Below, piece after piece: positions 1 to 9,488 of a stretch of 64,000 nucleotides of DNA (within the stretch, counting starts at the first letter, position 1; each line of letters starts with the position of its first letter). The notes beneath the pieces were generated by a model that was given only the letters and a program-made list of their open reading frames with translations, had not been told where the DNA came from and did no database searches. Position numbers and translations under genes: made by a program. Source of the DNA: Minisyncoccota bacterium (lineage in GTDB: Bacteria; Patescibacteriota; Minisyncoccia; Phycocordibacterales; UBA9973); the NCBI GenBank assembly GCA_036517375.1, contig DATDWM010000017.1, positions 3,208 through 67,207 on the forward strand, in the 5' to 3' direction.

Positions 1-1
1 T

Positions 2-448
2 TCTGGCTCTTCCATGCTTCCAACCTTTGAAGATAAAAATTATCTTGTGATCGATGAACTCTCCTATAGGCTAAGTGACCCCCAAAGAAACGATGTAATA
101 GTTTTCAAATATCCGCTCGATACCAAGAAGTTTTTCATAAAAAGGATCATCGCCTTACCAAATGAAACTCTAGATGTGAGGGGTAGTACCGTTACAATAA
201 CGAACGAAGAACATAAAGATGGATTTGTTCTGGATCAGCCCTATATTAACAACAAGTCCAACAACGACATACACATTACTTTAAAAGACGATGAATATTA
301 TGTAATGGGTGACAATAGAGACTTTAGCTCTGATTCTAGATCCTGGGGCGCATTACCTAGGGAGCTTATAGTCGGAAGAGTTTATGCGAGACTGTGGCCA
401 CTAAAGTATCTTGATATATTACCAGGCAAATACGTCCAAGAAGAATAA
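2..448 (+). CDS. lepB: Signal peptidase I (5' end outside window)
   Basis: SGSSMLPTF catalytic Ser box, FIKRIIALP catalytic Lys box, MGDNRDFSSDSRSWG motif. Confidence 0.95.
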   Translation, partial: SGSSMLPTFEDKNYLVIDELSYRLSDPQRNDVIVFKYPLDTKKFFIKRIIALPNETLDVRGSTVTITNEEHKDGFVLDQPYINNKSNNDIHITLKDDEYYVMGDNRDFSSDSRSWGALPRELIVGRVYARLWPLKYLDILPGKYVQEE

Positions 449-461
449 GTAATAAAATTAT

Positions 462-1772
462 ATGAGTAAAGTAAAAAAGTCCGCAAAGGAAGCAAAGGCA
501 CGGGAAGTAGCAACTCCGAAGGGAATGCGCGACATAATGAGTGAAGAGTATTATAATTTTCAGGGATTCTTTGAAAAAGCCCAAGAAGTAGCTGTTTATT
601 ACGGATATAAGCCTATCGACACTCCTATCATGGAGCACGAAGACGTTTTCACGGGCGCCATCGGTGAAGGTACTGATATTATCGACAAGGAAATGTACAC
701 TCTGAAAACTAAAGGGGGTGACCATTTAGCGCTAAGACCGGAACACACTGCTCCGCTTATGCGAGCATATATTGAACACGGTATGCAGAGCATGCCTCAG
801 CCCGTTATGTTTTACCACTATGGTCCAATATTCAGGCATGACAAGCCTCAGCGCGGACGTTATCGTCAATTCTGGCAGTTTGATGCAGATGTTCTAGGAA
901 GCGAGAAAAGTATTATGGATGCTCTGACAATAAAGACTTGTGTAAGTATCCTAGAAGAAGCTGGTGCATCCGAGCTATCCGTGGATATCAACTCAATTGG
1001 AGATAAAGAGTGCCGCAATGGATACCTTAAAGAATTAACTAGTTATTACAGGAAACACATAAGCGCACTCGCTCCCATAGACAGAGAACGCTTAAAAACA
1101 AATCCTCTGCGTATTTTAGATTCAAAAGAAGAGAAGACAAAGGAAGTAAATGCTGGTGCTCCAGACTCAGTGAGTTTCCTGTGTGCTCCGTGCAAAAAAC
1201 ATTTCAAAGAAGTGCTTGAATACTTAGAGGAACTTGGTATAAATTACAATATAAATAAAAATTTAGTGCGCGGTCTTTCCTATTATACTCGTACAGTTTT
1301 TGAGATTATAGAACAAAAAGGTGGAGACGAAGGTACTCCACTTACACTTGCTGCTGGCGGCCGTTATGACTATTTAGCCAAGCAAGTCGGTGGAAAAAAA
1401 GATGTCCCATCTGTAGGTTTTTCTATCGGCGTAGACAGAATCGTAGCGTCCTCTTGGTACAAGAAGCTCTCCCCACGCATCCTAAAGAAACCAAAAATTT
1501 ATTTCATTCAGCTAGGAGGGGAAGCTAAGCTAAAGAGTCTAAATATAATAGAAGCTCTGCGGAAGGCACACATTCCTTTAGCTCAATCCATTTCCAAAGA
1601 CAGCCTCGGTTCCCAACTCGCCATTGCTGAGAAGCTTGCCATACCGTACGCTCTTATCTTCGGAGTAAAAGAAGCACTCGACAATTCTGTGATTGTACGC
1701 GACATGTCCAACAGGTCTCAAGACACAGTGAAGCTCTCAAAGCTTGTAGAATATTTAAAGGAACTAAAATAA
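462..1772 (+). CDS. hisS: Histidine--tRNA ligase
   Basis: TPKGMRD, LALRPEHTA, FRHDKPQRGRYRQFWQ, LVRGLSYY, AGGRYDYL motifs. Confidence 0.97.
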   Translation: MSKVKKSAKEAKAREVATPKGMRDIMSEEYYNFQGFFEKAQEVAVYYGYKPIDTPIMEHEDVFTGAIGEGTDIIDKEMYTLKTKGGDHLALRPEHTAPLMRAYIEHGMQSMPQPVMFYHYGPIFRHDKPQRGRYRQFWQFDADVLGSEKSIMDALTIKTCVSILEEAGASELSVDINSIGDKECRNGYLKELTSYYRKHISALAPIDRERLKTNPLRILDSKEEKTKEVNAGAPDSVSFLCAPCKKHFKEVLEYLEELGINYNINKNLVRGLSYYTRTVFEIIEQKGGDEGTPLTLAAGGRYDYLAKQVGGKKDVPSVGFSIGVDRIVASSWYKKLSPRILKKPKIYFIQLGGEAKLKSLNIIEALRKAHIPLAQSISKDSLGSQLAIAEKLAIPYALIFGVKEALDNSVIVRDMSNRSQDTVKLSKLVEYLKELK

Positions 1773-1778
1773 AATAGG

Positions 1779-2378
1779 ATGAAGAAAATTCTAGGACAAA
1801 AGGAAAAAGTCTTGAGAATGGTGGCAGTGGATGTGCCAATAGCAGAGATAAAAACACCAAAAATAAAGAAGGTGCTGAAGGAAATGTCGGATTCGTTAGC
1901 AAGCCAAGGTGACGGTGTCGCCATCGCTGCGCCCCAGATTGGATACTCGCTTCGAATTTTCGTTGTGTCTGGGAAAATATTTGAGGCGGGGTTTTCTAGG
2001 CGGGGTGTTTCGCAAGCTGAAGATCCGAGAGGTAGCGCTCCATTGGCAAATGAAGACAGCGACCCCGCCGGGGAAATGCCTCCCGTAAAAGATTTGGTTT
2101 TTATTAATCCTAAAATTTCCAAACTCTCCCGTGATAAAGAATGGCTCCAGGAAGGCTGCCTCTCTGTGCGTTGGCTATACGGGAAGACCCACCGATCTAA
2201 GAAAGCGATGATTACAGCCTATGACGAAAATGGTAAAAAATTCATCCGTGGAGGCTCGGGTTTACTGGCTCAAATTTTCCAGCACGAGACGGACCATTTA
2301 AACGGCATACTCTTCATTGACCACGCCAAGGAAATAAGGGAAGAATTACCCGCAAACGAAGAAGGAAAACCAAAATAA
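1779..2378 (+). CDS. def: Peptide deformylase with ~33-aa palindrome-derived insert
   Basis: GVAIAAPQIG, EGCLS, QHETDHLNG motifs; adjacent to fmt. Confidence 0.96.
   Translation: MKKILGQKEKVLRMVAVDVPIAEIKTPKIKKVLKEMSDSLASQGDGVAIAAPQIGYSLRIFVVSGKIFEAGFSRRGVSQAEDPRGSAPLANEDSDPAGEMPPVKDLVFINPKISKLSRDKEWLQEGCLSVRWLYGKTHRSKKAMITAYDENGKKFIRGGSGLLAQIFQHETDHLNGILFIDHAKEIREELPANEEGKPK
1983..2082. repeat. Imperfect palindromic element inserted in-frame in def
   Basis: gaggc(1983-87)/gcctc(2078-82) and ggcggggt(1999-2006)/accccgcc(2062-69) inverted arms; encodes the atypical segment AGFSRRGVSQAEDPRGSAPLANEDSDPAGEMPP. Confidence 0.7.
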
Positions 2379-2392
2379 CTATAGTAAAAAAT

Positions 2393-3253
2393 ATGAATTA
2401 TAATTTTGCATACTTTGGTGGTGAACCTTTATCAGTCCCAACACTGGATAAATTACACGAACAAGGATTTATTCCCAGGCTTATTATAAGCAACCCCGAT
2501 AAACCAAAAGGAAGAAATTTAGAAATTACCTCTCCTCCAACAGCCATCTGGGCAAAGGAACACAACATTCCACTTATTCAGCCAGAGAGTAATGCTAAAC
2601 TTCTTTCTACTTTTTCGAGTGAGGAATTCGGCTTGGCCGTACGTAGCGAGAAAAAATTGGAAAAAATGAAATATGATTTCTTCATAGTAGTCTCTTACGG
2701 AAAAATAATTCCTAAAGAAATTCTAGATTTACCTAAATTAGGAACTATCAACATCCATCCGTCACTGCTTCCTAAATATCGAGGTCCTTCCCCCATCGTT
2801 TCACCTGTTTTAAATGGTGACTCTCAAACAGGGGTAACTATTATACAAATAGACGAAGAAATGGATCATGGTCCAATACTGGCGCAAGAGGAAATAAGTC
2901 TTAAGGGGGACGAAAATATTGGAGATTTAGAAAAGTCTTTAGCTCTATTAGGGGGAGAATTATTAATAAAAATTATTCCGGAATTTGTTGCGGGCAAAAT
3001 TAAGCCCATAGAACAAGACCACAGTAAGGCCACCTTTTGCAAAAAGATTAAAAAGGAAGACGGATTAATAGATTTAAATGATGAGGGAGTTAAAAACTAT
3101 AATAAATTTAGAGCCTACGCCACTTGGCCTAGAACTTTCCTATTCCGCGACGGCAAAAGAGTTATAATTACCGACGCAGTCCTAGAAGACGGTAAATTCG
3201 TCATCAAAAAAGTTATTCCCGAAGGTGGAAAAGAAGTGGATTATAAGAATTAG
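2393..3253 (+). CDS. fmt: Methionyl-tRNA formyltransferase with in-frame repeat insert
   Basis: PDKPKGR, INIHPSLLPKYRGPSPI, MDHGPIL motifs. Confidence 0.96.
   Translation: MNYNFAYFGGEPLSVPTLDKLHEQGFIPRLIISNPDKPKGRNLEITSPPTAIWAKEHNIPLIQPESNAKLLSTFSSEEFGLAVRSEKKLEKMKYDFFIVVSYGKIIPKEILDLPKLGTINIHPSLLPKYRGPSPIVSPVLNGDSQTGVTIIQIDEEMDHGPILAQEEISLKGDENIGDLEKSLALLGGELLIKIIPEFVAGKIKPIEQDHSKATFCKKIKKEDGLIDLNDEGVKNYNKFRAYATWPRTFLFRDGKRVIITDAVLEDGKFVIKKVIPEGGKEVDYKN
2604..2663 (+). repeat. Palindromic repeat element, copy 1 (in fmt)
   Basis: 34-nt core gagtgaggaattcggcttggccgtacgtagcgag (2617-2650) matches 37655-37688 at 33/34 positions; flanked by T-rich/A-rich inverted arms. Confidence 0.9.
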
Positions 3254-3278
3254 AAGTATAATTACAAATATCTCAAGT

Positions 3279-3677
3279 TTAGTATTTAGAAGTAAAAGGA
3301 TTTCGCTTCGATAAACCTTTCATCATTTTTTTAACGCTGGCAGCGCCTCGCTTAAAGAGAGTCTGCTTGCGGTCTTTGCTCTTATTTATTTCTCGAAAGA
3401 GGCTGTCTTTAACACTATCAATAGCTTGATATAAGTCTTCTTCGTCGGTACCTCCATAGAACTTCTCCCCTTTAATATTGATCAAACAATCCGCATGAAA
3501 GATCTTGCCGGACTTGTGATGGTTGGTATTCTTTGCAACTTCGAAGTTTACGTGCACTTCTCCCCCCTTCTCTTCAATGGCCGAGAGTAATTTGTCGAGG
3601 TTGGTTACCCGCTTCATGACATAATCATGTATCGCAGGCGTCATCTCCATATTGGTGCTTTTTAAATTTATCTGCAT
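3279..3677 (-). CDS. hpf: Ribosome hibernation promoting factor (HPF/RaiA family)
   Basis: INLKSTNMEMTPAIHDYV and DLYQAID motifs. Confidence 0.9.
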   Translation of the reverse strand: MQINLKSTNMEMTPAIHDYVMKRVTNLDKLLSAIEEKGGEVHVNFEVAKNTNHHKSGKIFHADCLINIKGEKFYGGTDEEDLYQAIDSVKDSLFREINKSKDRKQTLFKRGAASVKKMMKGLSKRNPFTSKY

Positions 3678-3765
3678 ACCTACATTATACTCCCTTTTTC
3701 TTAGATTGTAACCAGTCTGTTGAAAAAGCAGTCCCCTTAGGGGTCACAATCCACCCGCTGTTGGT

Positions 3766-5436
3766 TTACTTATGAGTATGCTTTTGTTTTAGAGTCGGGA
3801 TATACAATTTTTCTATGTATCCCTGCAGTGTCCGCGAAGTAGAAAAGTTATTTTGTATTAAATTCCGCGCGCGCTCCATCCTCCCCGCCCAAATAGAATC
3901 AATCGGGTTTTTTAAATGTTCTAAATAAACTGGAATAATTTCATTCTCAATTATCCTCATTATTTCCTCTCCATTTTGCTCATTTTTCAATACCCAGCCC
4001 ACATCTTCCTCGGCTACTTCATGAATCCATCCATCGTTAGTGGATAAAGCCAAGGCTCCATTGAGAGCTGCTTTCATTCCACTAGTACCGCAAGCTTCCG
4101 TGCCCGCCATAGGGGTGTTAAGCCAAACATCTGCTCCAGCCGTTAAGACTTCAGCAACGTCTAAACTATAATTCGGAATAAAAATGGCGGTGCCCTTCAA
4201 TTTATCTTCAATAATTTTTTTAATTTCTTTCACGAACGGATTTTCCACTTCGCCCGTAGGTCCAGAGAAAATTACTCTAATGGGCACTGATGAATTTTTT
4301 GAAATTTCAACTAGTTTATCGACATTATCGAAAAACAATAACGGTTGTTTATATTCGACTAACCGCCTTGCCCAGACAAATATCAAGTCCGTACTACTCC
4401 ACACATCCCCTGTCTTCTCTTTCACCATGTCTAAAAGTTTTATTTTGTTCTCTAAGTGTTTTTCCCAAATATCCCCTTTCCCCAACCCTCCTAGTTTATC
4501 CCATCTTTTTATAAAAATTCCATTAGTAATGTTTTCCATCTTCTGGTTCGGCCAAATCTCTTTTGCTTTTTGTGTATGGAATTTGCTAACACCATTTGAT
4601 TTTTCTGAAAGTTTGAAAGAAAGAGTAGTCATGGAGAAAGTGCTTGAATCATCCTCGAAGGAACCAAGCTTTACTATGTCGCTACTATTTATGCATATTT
4701 CCTTAGCGCACGGATCTATCAACAAGCCCACTTTTTCATTTGTAAACTGCTCCTGTCCAGCTGGCACTAAAGTATGATTAGTAAAAATTATATGTTTCTG
4801 GGCAAAGTCACATGCGGTTTTAAAATCCACCTTTTGATGTTCCATTTCGTGTCGCACAAGCTCAAGAGCCAAGAAAGCCGAGTGTCCTTCATTAAGATGA
4901 TAAACCGAAGCGTGGTAGCCAAGTCCCGCAAGTAGTCTGAATCCCCCTATGCCGAGTAATATTTCCTGCTTGAGCCGGACGTCTCTATCCTCGTCATAAA
5001 GCTTATTGGTAATGAGCCTGTCCTGTGGATCATTCTCTTCTATGTCTGTATCTAACAAGTAAACTTTTGTACCATTATCTTCCCATTGCCAAGCTTTAGC
5101 TTTTAAAACTCGGTGATCCATTGGTATAAAGACAATCAATTCTTGATTATTTTTATCCTTTACAATTTTTAATTTATTTTCACTATTATTTCCTTCTAAA
5201 GAAAGTATGCTTTGTGCTTTTTTATAAAAAAGTCCTACTGCTACCAATGGAAATTCTTGCATCGCCACTTCCCGCACATAGTCACCAGCTAAGACTCCTA
5301 GGCCTCCAGCATAGGTGGGCATAGCGGAATCTAGCGCATACTCGGCAGAGAAATAAGCCACTGGATTCTTCACAAAGGTCTGATATCCGTCACTTTTTTT
5401 AAAATTTATAAACCAGTCAGAAGGATTTGTTTGCAT
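3766..5436 (-). CDS. glgP: Alpha-glucan (glycogen/maltodextrin) phosphorylase
   Basis: AYFSAEY, YAGGLGVLAGD, HLNEGHSAF, EACGTSGMKAALNG (PLP lysine). Confidence 0.92.
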   Translation of the reverse strand: MQTNPSDWFINFKKSDGYQTFVKNPVAYFSAEYALDSAMPTYAGGLGVLAGDYVREVAMQEFPLVAVGLFYKKAQSILSLEGNNSENKLKIVKDKNNQELIVFIPMDHRVLKAKAWQWEDNGTKVYLLDTDIEENDPQDRLITNKLYDEDRDVRLKQEILLGIGGFRLLAGLGYHASVYHLNEGHSAFLALELVRHEMEHQKVDFKTACDFAQKHIIFTNHTLVPAGQEQFTNEKVGLLIDPCAKEICINSSDIVKLGSFEDDSSTFSMTTLSFKLSEKSNGVSKFHTQKAKEIWPNQKMENITNGIFIKRWDKLGGLGKGDIWEKHLENKIKLLDMVKEKTGDVWSSTDLIFVWARRLVEYKQPLLFFDNVDKLVEISKNSSVPIRVIFSGPTGEVENPFVKEIKKIIEDKLKGTAIFIPNYSLDVAEVLTAGADVWLNTPMAGTEACGTSGMKAALNGALALSTNDGWIHEVAEEDVGWVLKNEQNGEEIMRIIENEIIPVYLEHLKNPIDSIWAGRMERARNLIQNNFSTSRTLQGYIEKLYIPTLKQKHTHK

Positions 5437-5439
5437 AAT

Positions 5440-6930
5440 TTATGAACCGCGTTGCTCTGGTTGTCCGCCACGAATTTTGAAATATTTCGCCTTATATTTT
5501 TCTATAATCTCTTCCACTTCTTTGTGAGGAATTTCCACCCGCAAAAGATCTATCGCATTTATAGTATCATAAATATCTAATTTATTCTCCAGTTTATACA
5601 TAGCGTCGCGCCAGAGTATCGCTTTTTCATATTCATGCCTCGCTACCGCCTGATCTTCCAGCCTTTTCATCATATCCATAAAAGCAAAATACACACCCTC
5701 CTCCGCGCCCCCTTTACTTACCGTCCTATCCTTAAAAGGGATACGTAAAATGTTGCCCTGCGACTGCATCATGGTTCTAATTTTCCCAGTACGTTGCCAA
5801 TTAAAAGCAGTACTAATTATTTTTTCATAATAATCCCTTCCTTCTTCCGTTGCTTTCTTGTTTACGTCCGGCACGTGTCTTAAGGTATCGAGTAGGTTAT
5901 ACGCGCCGTCTTCTATCATTTCCAGGCTCCACCACGGCTTAGCCGATGCCCACCAAAAGTGGTCAGATGCAAGAGCCTTGTCCATCTTACTACGCACTAG
6001 CTCGTAACGTGGATGCTTTTTATCTATAGTGTACACTTCGTTCAAAACCAGTTCAGTGAATTCCCACTGATACTTATGAATGATATTTTCCGGATCATTC
6101 CAGGAAAGGAATTGAACACCCGCTTCGATATCCTCCTTACTTGATGCCCAAGTTGCGCGAGCGGGAGCTATTTCTTTTTTTTCTTTATAGTACTTTTCTA
6201 CATCTGTTATTTTTATGAGTTCAAATTCAGGAGTATCAAAAACTTCGAAAAGCATTTTCTCCAGTCCTGGGCGATGATGCCCAAAGGTCTCCGCATCCAT
6301 AGCAGTTACAATATAATTACCGCTTTTTAATTCTTCGTGCATTGCCTCGAGGAGTGTGTCTCGGGAGCGGACGACAGCGCTCATAATCAAGTTCGAAAGT
6401 CGCCGATTACGGAAAAACACTTGGAGATTTGTATTTTCTAATGTGTAAATTTGACCATAATCCACCTGCCCCACCTCTCCTCCGCAAGAAATCTCATCCA
6501 GAATTATCCATTTAAATCCTAGCTTTTTTATAATTCCGCCAATCTTTTCGTTATAAGCCATTTCTGGAGCAAAAAAACCATTAGGCGTATAACCTTTCAA
6601 GAAATGCTTGAGTGTCTCCGTGTTAAGCTTAATTTGTCGCTCAATTTCCTCTACTGACAAAAGTGGTAGGAGCGCGTGGTATTTTGCAGACCCAGTTACT
6701 TCCAAACGTCCCTCGGCTACGAGGGTTTGTATATCTTTAATCAAATCTTGATAGCCGTATCGATGTAAAAGTTCGAATAAAGCGCCGTTGATATTTATTG
6801 CCAACTGCACGTTCTTATTTTTTTTAAGACCTTCAATGATTGGTCTATAGCTTTGCACTACAATAGCTTCCAGAATATCTGGCTGTTGATCAGCTGGTTG
6901 ATAAAAATGTAGAAAGTTTGCCCATTTCAT
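5440..6930 (-). CDS. Glycoside hydrolase family 57 protein
   Basis: LHFYQP, GFFAPEMA, AMDAETFGHH, ASDHFWW conserved regions of GH57. Confidence 0.88.
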   Translation of the reverse strand: MKWANFLHFYQPADQQPDILEAIVVQSYRPIIEGLKKNKNVQLAININGALFELLHRYGYQDLIKDIQTLVAEGRLEVTGSAKYHALLPLLSVEEIERQIKLNTETLKHFLKGYTPNGFFAPEMAYNEKIGGIIKKLGFKWIILDEISCGGEVGQVDYGQIYTLENTNLQVFFRNRRLSNLIMSAVVRSRDTLLEAMHEELKSGNYIVTAMDAETFGHHRPGLEKMLFEVFDTPEFELIKITDVEKYYKEKKEIAPARATWASSKEDIEAGVQFLSWNDPENIIHKYQWEFTELVLNEVYTIDKKHPRYELVRSKMDKALASDHFWWASAKPWWSLEMIEDGAYNLLDTLRHVPDVNKKATEEGRDYYEKIISTAFNWQRTGKIRTMMQSQGNILRIPFKDRTVSKGGAEEGVYFAFMDMMKRLEDQAVARHEYEKAILWRDAMYKLENKLDIYDTINAIDLLRVEIPHKEVEEIIEKYKAKYFKIRGGQPEQRGS

Positions 6931-6936
6931 AATGTT

Positions 6937-8439
6937 TTATAGATTAAACTGGTTCAGAGCTCGTAAAAAGAGTTTTTCATATTCCTTGGCAGATTTTTCC
7001 CAAGAAAAATTCTCCTTCATGGCTCGCTTTTGTATGCCTTGCCAAATTTTAGGATATTTATACATTTCATACGCTCGCATAAATGTCCCCAAAAAAGCAT
7101 ATTTATCATAATTTTCAAATACAAAACCCGTTCCAGGATCCTCAGCTGAGGTATGGTCTTTGACACTGTCTGCTAGTCCACCGATCTTTCTCACAATAGG
7201 CACAACTCCGTAACGCATTGACTCCATTTGGGTTAAGCCACAAGGTTCAAACCTTGAAGGTATCAACATTGCATCCGCTCCGGCGTAAATAGCGTGTGGC
7301 AAAATATTGTCAAAAGACAGATGGGTTGCAACATTTTTATGCCTTTTATCTAGTTCGCTGAAAAAAGAAACGTAACGCGAATCCCCCGTTCCAAGCACAA
7401 TAAATTGAAAGTCAAAGCTCGTGAGTAACGGCTCGATTGATTCCACTACTAAGTCCAGACCTTTCTGTTCCGCGAGGCGACCTATGATACATACCACAAA
7501 AGCGTCTTTCTTTTCCGGCAAATTAAATTTTTGCTGGAGTATTTTTTTGTTTTTTATCCGCTCAATCAGGCTATCCTCGTTATATTTGAATTCGACATAG
7601 GGGTTAGTCTCTGGATTATAATTTTCGTAATTTATGCCATTTAAAATTCCAAAAAGTCTGGAGCGTCGTTCTTGTAAAATCTGGTCCATAAACTCTCCAT
7701 ACTCTGGAGTGGTTATTTCCCGCGCATAACTCGGTGATACGGTATTTATTACGTCGGCATAGCGTATGCCCCGGCGCATAAAATTCATTTTCAACAGGCG
7801 CGCATCCGTGATAGAAGGAATCTGGGATTGTCCGTCATCATAGTCTAGCTCGCTTATGTTTCGATGGTCAAACATTCCTTGCCAATAAATATTGTGGATT
7901 ATAAATACTGATGCAATTTTTGAAATTATTGGATCTTTAATATATTCACTCTTCATATAGTTAGGAATAAGTCCACCCTGCCAGTCATTGGCAACGACGA
8001 TGTCCGGCTTCCAATCGTTTTCCTTATGCCTTATAAATTCTAGAGAACCTCGAGCAAGCAGAGCCCATCGAGCCGGGTCATCGTCATAACCGTACACACT
8101 GCCTCTTTTTTCATAATATTCTTGATTTTCCAAGAAATAATTGACCACATTATTCCCATTTTTATATTTTTTAACATTGCAGATTAAATCTTCACTTCCG
8201 GAGTTAGGCACCAAGAGACCCTCCAGAATAGTCGTCATTGGAAATTCTTCTTCATTTATAGAGGCATATTTAGGAGCCATTGTCCTAATGTCGTGCCCCA
8301 ACTCCACCAATGCTTCCGGTAAAGAATGCAAAACTTCACCCAGACCTCCAATCTTCACGAATGGGGCCACTTCCGCTCCTACAAATAAAATTTTTAGCGG
8401 ATGAGTTTTCTTATTTAAATTAGTTGAAAATATTTTCAT
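6937..8439 (-). CDS. glgA: Glycogen synthase
   Basis: EVAPFVKIGGLG, NDWQ, GILNGI, PSRFEPCGLTQM motifs. Confidence 0.95.
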   Translation of the reverse strand: MKIFSTNLNKKTHPLKILFVGAEVAPFVKIGGLGEVLHSLPEALVELGHDIRTMAPKYASINEEEFPMTTILEGLLVPNSGSEDLICNVKKYKNGNNVVNYFLENQEYYEKRGSVYGYDDDPARWALLARGSLEFIRHKENDWKPDIVVANDWQGGLIPNYMKSEYIKDPIISKIASVFIIHNIYWQGMFDHRNISELDYDDGQSQIPSITDARLLKMNFMRRGIRYADVINTVSPSYAREITTPEYGEFMDQILQERRSRLFGILNGINYENYNPETNPYVEFKYNEDSLIERIKNKKILQQKFNLPEKKDAFVVCIIGRLAEQKGLDLVVESIEPLLTSFDFQFIVLGTGDSRYVSFFSELDKRHKNVATHLSFDNILPHAIYAGADAMLIPSRFEPCGLTQMESMRYGVVPIVRKIGGLADSVKDHTSAEDPGTGFVFENYDKYAFLGTFMRAYEMYKYPKIWQGIQKRAMKENFSWEKSAKEYEKLFLRALNQFNL

Positions 8440-8459
8440 AAATTAAATATTTACTATGG

Positions 8460-9029
8460 TTATTCTATAATTATTTCTGGTGTATTTTTATAATTCTCAT
8501 TTTTAACAAAAAAAGGTTTACCATCTTTCTTCACCACATAGTAAGCAAAGCCGTGCATCTTCTTAACTGGAGCATAGTCAGCATGTTCCGGCCATGCGCT
8601 CTCGCTACTCTTGCCTGAACTCACTGGACTGTCGTCAGAAGTTACGAGCCATGATGCGCCAGTATTTACCATTAAATGCCCAACTCTCGCGGGTATTGGT
8701 ATTTCATCACCAGCCTTTACAAAAATAGCCCGTACAGACTCGACTTCGTCGTCTACTGGTTCACCCCCTGCATTAATCTTGCGTGTCTGTAACATTAAAA
8801 TTCCTTCACCTTCTAAAATTTTATATGTTTCAATAAAGTCATCTACATGATAATGCCCGTATGCTTTAATGTATTCATCTCCCACAAGTCCGCCTTGCCA
8901 AATAGTGATATTCCTACGTTCACTCCCTCCTCTAATCATAAAGTAGTGAATGGTGGGACCACTACATTTAGGGTCCATTAAAACATCAGACATTTCTTTA
9001 TGGGTTCGCTCCGCTAAAGGATTAGCCAT
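8460..9029 (-). CDS. Cupin-type (archaeal-like) glucose-6-phosphate isomerase
   Basis: KAYGHYH...ETYKILEGEG...IPARVGHLMVNTG cupin motifs; located in the sugar cluster. Confidence 0.75.
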   Translation of the reverse strand: MANPLAERTHKEMSDVLMDPKCSGPTIHYFMIRGGSERRNITIWQGGLVGDEYIKAYGHYHVDDFIETYKILEGEGILMLQTRKINAGGEPVDDEVESVRAIFVKAGDEIPIPARVGHLMVNTGASWLVTSDDSPVSSGKSSESAWPEHADYAPVKKMHGFAYYVVKKDGKPFFVKNENYKNTPEIIIE

Positions 9030-9079
9030 GCTTTTAATATAGCATTTTTAAGGATCCTAGACAATTCACCTTGAAATAC

Positions 9080-9481
9080 TTACCCATTTCTAATCCTTTC
9101 TCTTAAACTTGTACTACTGAAATTGTGATCTCGGCTGTTGTAAATAACCTTCATCTCGGGCAATCTGTCCTTAGAATAGTTAGGTCTATTTTTCCAGTCG
9201 GCGCCCATAAAACGAACATCTGGATTCACTTTCTTTAAAAGATCTAGAAGATCAACTTCACTCTCGTATGTAATGATCTCATCAACATACTTACAACCTT
9301 GCAACCGAATCATTCTTTCTTCTAGAGTTTCGATGGGTTTCTTTTTATCAGGCCTATCCACAGATGGATCAATCTCAAGACCAACTATTAAATAATCGCA
9401 CTGTGTCCTACACTCCTTCAACATCAGCACGTGTCCCGCGTGCAGTAAATCAAACGCCCCACATGTAAATCCTTTAATCAT
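9080..9481 (-). CDS. Glycerol-3-phosphate cytidylyltransferase-like nucleotidyltransferase
   Basis: GAFDLLHAGH, RDHNFSST motifs. Confidence 0.85.
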   Translation of the reverse strand: MIKGFTCGAFDLLHAGHVLMLKECRTQCDYLIVGLEIDPSVDRPDKKKPIETLEERMIRLQGCKYVDEIITYESEVDLLDLLKKVNPDVRFMGADWKNRPNYSKDRLPEMKVIYNSRDHNFSSTSLRERIRNG

Positions 9482-9488
9482 GTTGTTT

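Noticed and set aside
4184-4777. 197-aa plus-strand ORF and similar antisense ORFs inside housekeeping genes
   Set aside because: They lie antisense to well-supported genes such as glgP, mreB and rpoB, with Ser/Phe-rich mirror composition.
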